Virus record (IMG/VR): IMGVR_UViG_3300030372_000517
Coordinates: 1-29,043 of that record
Strand: one strand, 5' to 3'
Length of the DNA: 29,043 bases
From: a virus
Taxonomy: Duplodnaviria > Caudoviricetes
How positions within the stretch are numbered: the first letter of the stretch is position 1; every line of letters starts with the position of its first letter. Below the pieces are notes generated by a model. It searched no databases and was not told the DNA's origin. It saw only the letters and a list, made by a program, of their open reading frames with translations. A program made the translations under genes and the position numbers. Shown here in pieces: positions 9,571-16,811 of this stretch.

Positions 9571-9784
9571 AATTTTTTGATCCTTGTCTTATTATTTTCC
9601 AATTAATTTGATTGCGTTTGATGTAGTTATTTAAAGCGGTTAAAGACACTTTTAAAATTTTAGCGGCATGAGTTTGCGTATAATCTTGTGCAAACATTAA
9701 AACTTGTTCCCGCCTTTCTCGTTTATGTCGAGCATTCATTTCGCTCCATGTTTCGCAATGTTTATTCATTTCGACCCGTTTCAT
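9563..9784 (-). CDS. Small HTH DNA-binding protein
   Basis: TQTHAAKILKVSLTALNNYIKR is Fis/HTH-like; TAATG coupling. Confidence 0.65.
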   Translation of the reverse strand: MKRVEMNKHCETWSEMNARHKRERREQVLMFAQDYTQTHAAKILKVSLTALNNYIKRNQINWKIIRQGSKNYD

Positions 9785-9963
9785 TAAAATTGTGTGCTTT
9801 TGTGTTCTAAGGATTTTTCTAGCTCTCTGCGTATTCTTAGTCGAATATCCGCATCTTTTTTTTCAGGTATGTGGATTTGATCCACCGCTTCTAAGCACAT
9901 TAAAATTTCTTCATTTGTCAGGCAGACATTTTTCAAATTTCTATTTATCATTTTCATATACAT
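9784..9963 (-). CDS. Hypothetical protein (59 aa)
   Basis: ATG at 9963 in TGATG overlap, GGAG/GGTGG upstream; preferred over TTG at 10035. Confidence 0.55.
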   Translation of the reverse strand: MYMKMINRNLKNVCLTNEEILMCLEAVDQIHIPEKKDADIRLRIRRELEKSLEHKSTQF

Positions 9964-10055
9964 CACCACCACTCCGCGCTGACGCCAAAAACAAAAACAA
10001 AACAGGTTACCAAAATAATGGCAAAAATTAACCAATCTTCTCTATCAATTTTCAT
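9963..10055 (-). CDS. 30-aa single-TM micro-protein MKIDREDWLIFAIILVTCFVFVFGVSAEWW
   Basis: Not in ORF track; GGAG upstream, overlaps upstream stop, TGATG coupling downstream. Confidence 0.6.
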   Translation of the reverse strand: MKIDREDWLIFAIILVTCFVFVFGVSAEWW

Positions 10056-10326
10056 AAGCGTAAACTCCATAAATCTTTGCTACTTCTAATTTAGTAATTT
10101 GACATTTTCCCACAAAGAGATTTTCTAACAAAGCAGCATTTTGTTCTTCTGAGTTGTAAATGCAGTTTGCATCCATCTTTCCAATGATTGAACAGTATTC
10201 TTCATCGCTCATTGAAGTATCGCACTCGCAAGGCTCATGCACTGTTACCTCTTTGCTGAATACGTCAGCTTGGTAGGTGTAGGAGTGCCGCTTTGTATCG
10301 CGGCACTTGGGGCAGTTGTAGCTCAT
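10045..10326 (-). CDS. Zn-ribbon-containing hypothetical protein
   Basis: CPKC...CEC; ATGA overlap. Confidence 0.65.
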   Translation of the reverse strand: MSYNCPKCRDTKRHSYTYQADVFSKEVTVHEPCECDTSMSDEEYCSIIGKMDANCIYNSEEQNAALLENLFVGKCQITKLEVAKIYGVYAYEN

Positions 10327-10526
10327 TGCACCGCTTCCATAAATTTAGGATTAACGACTTTACCTTCAAAACCAATTCGATCAAACCAATCAGTCAAAGA
10401 TTGCTCAACACAATGATTAGCATCATCTCTAATAACTTGGTTGTGGTCTTTAGTGTATTCTTCATCATAGCATGCAGCGTATGATTTTGGGTCAACATCT
10501 ATTGTTAAGCTCACTTTAATTTTCAT
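10323..10526 (-). CDS. Hypothetical protein (67 aa)
   Basis: AAAGGATGGA RBS. Confidence 0.65.
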   Translation of the reverse strand: MKIKVSLTIDVDPKSYAACYDEEYTKDHNQVIRDDANHCVEQSLTDWFDRIGFEGKVVNPKFMEAVQ

Positions 10527-10546
10527 TTATCCATCCTTTCTAAATT

Positions 10547-10565
10547 GTGGGGCTTCTAGCCCCAC
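10547..10565. other. Intergenic hairpin without U-tract
   Basis: GTGGGGCT-tct-AGCCCCAC perfect 8-bp stem. Confidence 0.6.
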
Positions 10566-10571
10566 TGTTAA

Positions 10572-10868
10572 TTAAATTGTGTTAGCTGCCATGATTGCGG
10601 CTAGGACAAATGGGTTGGCGTTTGTTCGGTAAATGCCGTCTGAATTGCAAAAGAAGCCGCCGTCCAAATCCTTTCTAATTTCGTACAAAGGCTCATCCCA
10701 ATCGTTGCCATGAACTTCATAGTCTGTCATTTCCTGACCGTTGAAGTCCCAAGTCTTTGCGACTAACTTGAAGTTGTATCCGTAAAAATTAAACTCATTG
10801 CCCTTAACAACAATAGTTGCTTCTTCGCCAGACCAGTTATCTTTGTTGAAAATGAATGTGCCGTTCAT
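10572..10868 (-). CDS. Hypothetical acidic early protein (98 aa)
   Basis: True start likely ATG 10868 (MNGTFIF) after TAAGGA; longer start runs through the promoter. Confidence 0.7.
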   Translation of the reverse strand: MNGTFIFNKDNWSGEEATIVVKGNEFNFYGYNFKLVAKTWDFNGQEMTDYEVHGNDWDEPLYEIRKDLDGGFFCNSDGIYRTNANPFVLAAIMAANTI

Positions 10869-10873
10869 AGTGC

Positions 10874-10925
10874 TTTTCCTTATTGCTATAATGTAAAGAT
10901 TAATTGACATTGCGCATAATGTAAA
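10874..10925 (-). promoter_or_regulatory. Leftward sigma70-like promoter 1 with conserved leader
   Basis: Minus strand TTTACA-N17-TAATCT then TAGCAATAAGGAAAA. Confidence 0.65.
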
Positions 10926-10969
10926 GGATAAAAACAAATTATTTACATTCTTTTTTACGCTGATATTTT

Positions 10970-11428
10970 ATGCCTATGGATGAAACTGTTAAAATAGAAG
11001 TGGAAGTCAACGGACAGCCTCAAGGAAAGGGCAGACCGCGCTTTACCAAGATGGGTCGTGCTTATACTCCCCAAAAAACAAAGGACTATGAGAGGCGCAT
11101 ACAAGCGGCTGCTTGGGCTGCTATGCAAAAGGCTGAAGTTAAAGCCACAGATAAATCAGTCGTTGTGCGCATTTCTGCACAGATGGAAATTCCTAATTCG
11201 TGGTCAAAAATTAAGAAAGTTCAAGCGGAGTACAATGCGTTAAGGCATACGAATAAACCAGATTTAGATAATATTGTAAAAGCTGTTTTAGATGGAATTA
11301 GTTGCGCTGATAACGGTGGGCCTGTTATTTTGGATGATAAGCAAGTTCATTACATTGAAGCCAGAAAAGTATTTTGCAATCCTCAAAGAGGGCCAGTGCT
11401 TCATATATCCGTTGAATGGTCTAGATAA
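10970..11428 (+). CDS. rusA: RusA family Holliday junction resolvase
   Basis: GQPQGKGRPRF, YTPQKT, KPDLDNIVKAVLDG, DDKQV. Confidence 0.9.
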   Translation: MPMDETVKIEVEVNGQPQGKGRPRFTKMGRAYTPQKTKDYERRIQAAAWAAMQKAEVKATDKSVVVRISAQMEIPNSWSKIKKVQAEYNALRHTNKPDLDNIVKAVLDGISCADNGGPVILDDKQVHYIEARKVFCNPQRGPVLHISVEWSR

Positions 11429-11736
11429 CTATAATCAGGCCCATATGTTTCACGCCAATGTAAAGGCTGTTGATGAAGTGCGATTTTACTTGTGTCAAAT
11501 AAACCTTGATGGTGACCTTCGCATAAAGGAATTGTGTCCTGATCTGGACGTTTTTTAGTGCTAAACCTATCGTGAATACAATGATGCGCTTGTGTTGCGC
11601 TGCGCTGTATCTCGCCAAAGCGTTGACATATTACGCACTGCTTTTGCCTAATTTCGTTAAGCAGTTTAACGTCTTTGATAGATTTCACTTTACGCTCTTT
11701 AAGTCCAAGCGGCGGTTTTTTAGCTAGATTTGTCAA
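11401..11736 (-). CDS. HNH-like Zn nuclease (Ref / DUF968-like)
   Basis: CVIC...AHHC...TIPLCEGHHQ in recombination cluster. Confidence 0.65.
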   Translation of the reverse strand: MTNLAKKPPLGLKERKVKSIKDVKLLNEIRQKQCVICQRFGEIQRSATQAHHCIHDRFSTKKRPDQDTIPLCEGHHQGLFDTSKIALHQQPLHWRETYGPDYSYLDHSTDI

Positions 11737-12151
11737 GTGGGTCGTATCCTATCGCCTGTGTTAGCTTTTCCATAGCCTTATCAAAAAAGGTGCTAAATTC
11801 TTTCTGATCCATCTTACTAAACGCAATGCTATCGGGCACATAGTATAATTCACCTGTCAGACCGTTTATAACCGTCTTGTAATAGCCGCAAAGCATTTTT
11901 AGGTCACTATGTAAATGATCTTTGCTTGCCCATCTGTCGGTTGAGTTTATGACCTTCTGTAGCGTAGCCCAATACAAAGCATGGTGTGGGTTAGAGCGGT
12001 GCGCAACTGCTGTGATGTCAAACAACTGCCCTTCGCTGTATTCTTCCATCAGTGTTGCAACGTGCCGTGTCAAAGGCTGTAAATTTCCCTGAGACATCTT
12101 CACTTGCAAATGTGGCTTGGAATTATTGGTGCGCATCAGATAACAACCCAC
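11720..12151 (-). CDS. DUF1367 / NinB-like protein (start may be ATG 12136)
   Basis: RSNPHHALYWA and PDSIAFSKMDQKEFSTFF motifs. Confidence 0.65.
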   Translation of the reverse strand: MGCYLMRTNNSKPHLQVKMSQGNLQPLTRHVATLMEEYSEGQLFDITAVAHRSNPHHALYWATLQKVINSTDRWASKDHLHSDLKMLCGYYKTVINGLTGELYYVPDSIAFSKMDQKEFSTFFDKAMEKLTQAIGYDPLDKSS

Positions 12152-12180
12152 ACATCGTTTGGATTTAAGGTAGTTTTTAA

Positions 12181-12414
12181 TTAGAATGGTATTTCATCGT
12201 TTATCTCCTTGCGATCTTTATTATGTTGATTTAGATTTACCTCTTGCGGAAAAAGATTTATCCAAACTTCACCATTTTCATCTGGCAGTGGTAAACTTTC
12301 TAGCTTAACGCTCATGCCTTTATCCTTTTGAAAGGCAATTCCAATTCTGTGCCAGTAAGTTTTATTAGTATTTTTGTTTTTTCGTGGGACAACCACATTA
12401 AATTTATTGCTCAT
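12181..12414 (-). CDS. Small putative ssDNA-binding protein with SSB-like tail
   Basis: YWHRIGIAF beta-rich core; ends NDEIPF; coupled to ERF. Confidence 0.6.
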   Translation of the reverse strand: MSNKFNVVVPRKNKNTNKTYWHRIGIAFQKDKGMSVKLESLPLPDENGEVWINLFPQEVNLNQHNKDRKEINDEIPF

Positions 12415-13016
12415 TTTACACCCACTGCTTTGTAGCCGTTTTCTTCTATTTCAAAAAGTTGTTTGAAGCGGTTGTTATGCGCATCAAATAGTCTGTCGTG
12501 TTGGTCAGCAGTTTCAACCTTGCTTAATAGGTTATGGAAACCTTTCTCATATTTGTTAAATGCCTCGCTGCTACAATTGCTGTAAAACTCTACTGCAGCA
12601 TCAACTCTAGCCTCTGTCGTAAGTTCTATAGCGGGGCCTTTTTTATTTGCTACGGCTGCATTACCATCATCATCTTCTGGCGCGATGCCAGCCATCCCAA
12701 GCAATCCATAACGCCTTGCATAAGTAATAGCAGAGCCAAGCCCTTGCATATCGTTCTTGCCAAGAACTAAATAAACTCTACTGCAAAACTCTGCGCCTGA
12801 TGTGTGAAGCAATCGTGTTTCGACATAATGCCCGCCAGCGTCCTGATCGTTAGGTTGTAGGACGGCAAAACCGTTTGCGTGGAAAGCGGCCATCGTTGCA
12901 TTTACCACTGCCTCTAGGTCAGCATAGCGGCTCTTAAAGTGTGGGTTAAGGCTTCCCTTGATGGCTTTGCCCATTTCGCTTTGTGCTTTTATCAAGGATT
13001 TTATCGCATCAGACAT
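12411..13016 (-). CDS. erf: ERF family ssDNA-annealing protein
   Basis: NPHFKSRYADL, LLHTSG, QGLGSAITYARRY, EDDDGN; GAGGAGG RBS. Confidence 0.9.
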   Translation of the reverse strand: MSDAIKSLIKAQSEMGKAIKGSLNPHFKSRYADLEAVVNATMAAFHANGFAVLQPNDQDAGGHYVETRLLHTSGAEFCSRVYLVLGKNDMQGLGSAITYARRYGLLGMAGIAPEDDDGNAAVANKKGPAIELTTEARVDAAVEFYSNCSSEAFNKYEKGFHNLLSKVETADQHDRLFDAHNNRFKQLFEIEENGYKAVGVK

Positions 13017-13188
13017 TTAGAACCTCCTCTAATTCTTTATGTTCCCGATTAGCTCTTTGAATGCCTTTTTCGAGCGCATCTATTATTTTAATTGTCGTAG
13101 TTGGTGAAATATGATGTTTAATTGCAGCCTCCAAAATTTCAATTAAAATTGCATTTTGTATCTTTATTGGCGTTGGATGTTTGTGCAT
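13009..13188 (-). CDS. Hypothetical protein (59 aa, MHKHPTPIKIQNAILIEIL...)
   Basis: Below track cutoff; TAAGGA RBS; overlaps ERF start. Confidence 0.65.
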   Translation of the reverse strand: MHKHPTPIKIQNAILIEILEAAIKHHISPTTTIKIIDALEKGIQRANREHKELEEVLNV

Positions 13189-13192
13189 TATA

Positions 13193-13242
13193 TTTTCCTT
13201 ATTGCTAATTAATCTTTACATTATCGAAATTCCAATGTAAAG
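13193..13242. promoter_or_regulatory. Divergent control region with 9-bp inverted repeat
   Basis: CTTTACATT (13214-13222) N11 AATGTAAAG (13234-13242); TTTACA-N17-TAAAG on both strands; leftward leader TAGCAATAAGGAAAA. Confidence 0.65.
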
Positions 13243-13276
13243 GATAATTATAAAAATATCATAGGATGTTTAGTTT

Positions 13277-13474
13277 ATGGAAAGAGAAACAATTTTATCG
13301 GTGCATAAGATGCGCCTTTTGCTGCAAGGCCGTAATCTTATGGCTGTTGCTAGAAATGCAGGTGTGTCGCGCCCTGTGTTGTACCAAATAATGTCAGGTA
13401 AAACTGATCCGCGATATTCAACACTCGAAAAACTTTCTAACTACTTGGAGAAAAATCATGGAAATAGGGATTAA
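13277..13474 (+). CDS. XRE/Cro-like HTH regulator
   Basis: VARNAGVSRPVLYQIMSGKTDPRYSTLEKL; AGGA RBS; no S24 domain. Confidence 0.85.
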   Translation: MERETILSVHKMRLLLQGRNLMAVARNAGVSRPVLYQIMSGKTDPRYSTLEKLSNYLEKNHGNRD

Positions 13475-13637
13475 GGAAGATGGCACATTGAAGCCGCAAA
13501 TTAGGCAAACGCGGTATCGCGGAACAAATGATAATGAATATCAAATTTATTTATCATGTGCAGATGATGGTAATGGAGGTGATATAACTCAGAATGGTTT
13601 GCCGTTAAAAACTTACAACGAATGGATTAATTCTTGA
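13458..13637 (+). CDS. Hypothetical protein (59 aa, MEIGIKEDGTLKPQ...KTYNEWINS)
   Basis: Below track cutoff; GGAG RBS; fills gap. Confidence 0.65.
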   Translation: MEIGIKEDGTLKPQIRQTRYRGTNDNEYQIYLSCADDGNGGDITQNGLPLKTYNEWINS

Positions 13638-13647
13638 GGAAATAATT

Positions 13648-13857
13648 ATGGAAAGTCAAAACACTAAACTGCTTAATCATTTGAGGGAGCATAGGTTTAT
13701 ACAACCTATGACTGCTTTAAGACATTTAGGCATATATCGCTTGGCCGCAAGGATAAAGGACTTGCGCGATAGCGGTCACGAAATTATTACTGCTAGAGTA
13801 GGGGAAAAGCGAATTGCTGAATATACTTTGATAAAAGAAGCCCCCCTAAATGTTTAA
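13648..13857 (+). CDS. Winged-HTH protein (HTH_39-like)
   Basis: ALRHLGIYRLAARIKDLRDSGHEIIT; GAGGA RBS. Confidence 0.75.
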   Translation: MESQNTKLLNHLREHRFIQPMTALRHLGIYRLAARIKDLRDSGHEIITARVGEKRIAEYTLIKEAPLNV

Positions 13858-14013
13858 ACTTAGGAGGGCTTCATCAATATCTTATGACTCTCTATATTGA
13901 TGAACCATATACGCACTAAAGCAATAAGAAGACGGTGCGCATATAAATACGGCCATACAGGCCACAGGCAGGGTCAACTTAGCTTGCTCTGCCTCTTAAC
14001 ACAAGAGGAAATT

Positions 14014-14670
14014 ATGTCTCATTATATGACCGCTTTAGCGATGAAACAAAAAAAACTAAAGCCAGCAACAAAAATCGTATTATACTGGCTTGCAGATCAC
14101 CACAACGAAACATCAAAGGATTGCTTTCCAAGCATTAAACGGCTTTCTGAGCTATGTGAAATGTCACGTAGGTCATTAGAGAGTCACTTAAATATTCTTG
14201 AAGAGTTTGGTTTAATTAAGCGCATTAACCGATTTCGTGATAATGGTGGTAAAACATCTAATGGGTATTTTTTAAAGTTTAGTGAAAGCGATACGCAAAA
14301 TCTGCGCGACCCTAGCGAAAAATCTGCGCATAGGGATACGCAAAATCTGCGCATGAATAACCCTATAAAAAATAACCTTGTAACTTTAAAAGATAAATTA
14401 TTTGAGGATTTTTGGAAATCATATCCAAAGAAGATGGCAAAGGGACAGGCAAAGAAAGCATGGGCTAAGGCATTTCTGTTGGACCATCCACAGGAAATAA
14501 TAGACGCTGCTGAAAAATACGCAAAAGCGCAAGATGGCAAAGATAAACAGTTTATTCCTTATCCAGCTTCATGGTTAAATGCTGAGAGATGGAAGGACGA
14601 GCCAGAAGAACAAAAAGATGAGATGTTAAATTTAGCAGCTAAAGTTTTAAAGGAGCAAATAAATGGATAG
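14014..14670 (+). CDS. Replication initiator (N-terminal wHTH, lambda O-like layout)
   Basis: KIVLYWLADH...CFPSIKRLSELCEMS; FEDFWKSYPKK; YPASWLNAERWKDE; GAGGA RBS before ATG 14014; internal iterons. Confidence 0.85.
   Translation: MSHYMTALAMKQKKLKPATKIVLYWLADHHNETSKDCFPSIKRLSELCEMSRRSLESHLNILEEFGLIKRINRFRDNGGKTSNGYFLKFSESDTQNLRDPSEKSAHRDTQNLRMNNPIKNNLVTLKDKLFEDFWKSYPKKMAKGQAKKAWAKAFLLDHPQEIIDAAEKYAKAQDGKDKQFIPYPASWLNAERWKDEPEEQKDEMLNLAAKVLKEQING
14290..14352 (+). repeat. Origin iterons
   Basis: GATACGCAAAATCTGCGC at 14290 and 14335, partial copy AAAATCTGCGC between; followed by AT-rich tract. Confidence 0.8.
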
Positions 14671-15136
14671 GGATAAATTTTTAAGGGAAAGGCTATCTGG
14701 TTTTTTGCAGAGATTGAACCCGCCGAGAGCTATGCAGACCAACGCAGAAGCGCAGAAGGAGGAAATTACAGACCTTTATAATCGAATTATTAAGCTGGCT
14801 CCTAGCAGAGAATACTTAGGTTGGTGGAAAGATTTTACTGACTACCTTCTTAGTAATGCTATCGCAAGAACGTGGCCGACAATTAGAGAATTAAACGAAG
14901 CTGCAAAGGCAATAGCGCCAAGACGCCCAGAGTTTATTGATGCAATAGGAACTGAAAAATGGACACCTGACGAATATGCAATTAATTCAAGACGAATAAA
15001 GGCTCTTGAGCCAGTTGCGGAATATTGGGTTAATGGCAAGGGCGCACAAGAATTAGTTAGGCGTGGAATGGTAAGTAGTGAACAGTTGGAACCTTATCAA
15101 TATTATCTTGCACAAAATACTATGAAAACAAATTAA
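14663..15136 (+). CDS. Hypothetical protein in helicase-loader position
   Basis: AAGGAG RBS; overlaps initiator; WPTIREL motif; function inferred from position only. Confidence 0.6.
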   Translation: MDRDKFLRERLSGFLQRLNPPRAMQTNAEAQKEEITDLYNRIIKLAPSREYLGWWKDFTDYLLSNAIARTWPTIRELNEAAKAIAPRRPEFIDAIGTEKWTPDEYAINSRRIKALEPVAEYWVNGKGAQELVRRGMVSSEQLEPYQYYLAQNTMKTN

Positions 15137-15187
15137 TATGTGCTATAGCGTAGTTACGCTTTTTCATGCGATCTTCCCAAACTAATT

Positions 15188-15220
15188 AGCCCTGTCTTGA
15201 TTGACGGGGCTTTTTCTTTT
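15188..15220 (+). terminator. Rho-independent terminator
   Basis: AGCCCTGTC-ttgatt-GACGGGGCT followed by TTTTCTTTT. Confidence 0.75.
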
Positions 15221-15252
15221 ATAATTAACAAAACCGACAATAGGATATAATA

Positions 15253-15765
15253 ATGGAAGAATGGCCAGCCGATAAAGTTGAACGCAGAAAAATATCGTCA
15301 ATTACTCCCTATGCTAGAAATAGCCGCACTCATAGCGATGAACAAATTTCACAAATAGCAGCAAGCATCAAAGAGTGGGGCTTTACAACACCAATCCTTA
15401 TAGACATCGATGGTGAAATAATCGCAGGGCATGGTCGGTTGCTTGCGGCACAGCGTCTTGGATTAGAAGAAGTGCCAACGATGACCGCTGTAGGTTGGAG
15501 CGAAGCACAGAAGCGTGCCTATGTCATAGCTGATAATAAACTTGCCCTAAATGCGGGATGGGATGATGAGCTTCTTGCGATAGAAATGCAAGATTTACAA
15601 AGTGTTAATTTTGATATTGAAAAGTTAGGCTTTAACATTGAAGAACTAAACAGTCTTTTTAAAGATGATTTAATTATAAAAACGCCAGAAGAATTTAATG
15701 AATATAATGAAGAAATAGAAACAAATAAAATCTGCCCAAAATGTGGATACGAGTGGAGTGGTTAG
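15253..15765 (+). CDS. ParB/Srx N-terminal domain protein with C-terminal CxxC
   Basis: PYARNSRTH, SIKEWGFTTPILID, IIAGHGRLLAA, IADNKL; ends CPKCGYEW. Confidence 0.85.
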   Translation: MEEWPADKVERRKISSITPYARNSRTHSDEQISQIAASIKEWGFTTPILIDIDGEIIAGHGRLLAAQRLGLEEVPTMTAVGWSEAQKRAYVIADNKLALNAGWDDELLAIEMQDLQSVNFDIEKLGFNIEELNSLFKDDLIIKTPEEFNEYNEEIETNKICPKCGYEWSG

Positions 15766-15767
15766 GA

Positions 15768-16811
15768 ATGACAAAGCCCTCGTATTATATCCCTTCAATG
15801 AAAGAAATACAAAATAGCGATTGGAATGGATTTAATTGCATATCAACATTTTCTGGTGGTGGAGGCAGTTCAACGGGGTATCGCATGGCAGGGTTTAAAG
15901 TTCTCTATGCGAATGAATTTATACCCGCGGCGCAAGAGACTTACAAAGCAAATAAAGCAAATTATACTTTTCTTGACGGTCGCGACATTCGCACAGTGAA
16001 GGGTGCGGATATTTTAAATAAAATTAATTTAAAGCCCGGTGAGGTAGATTTGTTTGATGGTTCGCCGCCTTGTGCTTCATTTTCAACAGCAGGTCAACGT
16101 CATAAGGGGTGGGGAAAGGTTAAAAACTATTCAGACAAGAAACAAAGAAGCGATGATCTTTTTTTTGAGTATTCAAGGCTTGTTAACGAAATACAGCCTA
16201 AAACATTTATCGCAGAAAATGTAAGCGGGCTTGTTAAAGGAACAGCAAAGGGTTATTTCAAAGAAATTTTACGTGAATTAAAAGAATGTGGTTATAGAGT
16301 AAGCGCAAAGCTATTAAATAGCGCGTTTCTTGGCGTACCGCAAGCGCGTGAGCGTTTAATATTTGTAGGTATTCGTAATGATTTAGGTTTAAACCCAGTG
16401 TTTCCAACGCCTTTTAGCTATTGGTATTCAATTGAAGACGCATGGTCAGGTATTAAAGAACATCCTGAACCAGAGACAAGCATTAAGGGTTATTCGATTG
16501 AAAAACTTTGGCACGAAACAAAATTAGGTAAGTCTCACCATAAAAGATTTAGTTTAATTAGACCAAACCCAAGGCGGCCAAGTCCGACTATAATGGCAAC
16601 ACAAGGAAGAGGTGCGGCGCAAGTATGTCATCCATTGGAGCCAAGAGCATTAAGTGTCGCAGAGGTTCGGCGCATTTGTTCTTTTCCTGATGATTATGTT
16701 TTAACGGGTAAGTTTGAGCAAAAAAAGGAACGCATGGGTAGGTCAGTGCCACCGCTTATGATGAAAGCTATTGCGGAAGAAATATGCAATAAAATATTGA
16801 GAAAGTTATGA
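15768..16811 (+). CDS. DNA cytosine-C5 methyltransferase-fold enzyme with atypical motif X (candidate carboxymethyltransferase)
   Basis: FSGGGG (I), GSPPC (IV), ENV (VI), QARER (VIII), RICSFP (IX), MGRSVPP (X, normally GN[SA]V). Confidence 0.9.
   Translation: MTKPSYYIPSMKEIQNSDWNGFNCISTFSGGGGSSTGYRMAGFKVLYANEFIPAAQETYKANKANYTFLDGRDIRTVKGADILNKINLKPGEVDLFDGSPPCASFSTAGQRHKGWGKVKNYSDKKQRSDDLFFEYSRLVNEIQPKTFIAENVSGLVKGTAKGYFKEILRELKECGYRVSAKLLNSAFLGVPQARERLIFVGIRNDLGLNPVFPTPFSYWYSIEDAWSGIKEHPEPETSIKGYSIEKLWHETKLGKSHHKRFSLIRPNPRRPSPTIMATQGRGAAQVCHPLEPRALSVAEVRRICSFPDDYVLTGKFEQKKERMGRSVPPLMMKAIAEEICNKILRKL

Noticed and set aside
13897-14013. N-terminal extension of initiator from 13897
   Set aside because: Runs through the hairpin-rich leader; good RBS and domain start at ATG 14014
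15253-15765. Plasmid-prophage partition system
   Set aside because: Only the ParB N-terminal domain; no HTH/dimer domain, ParA or parS array seen
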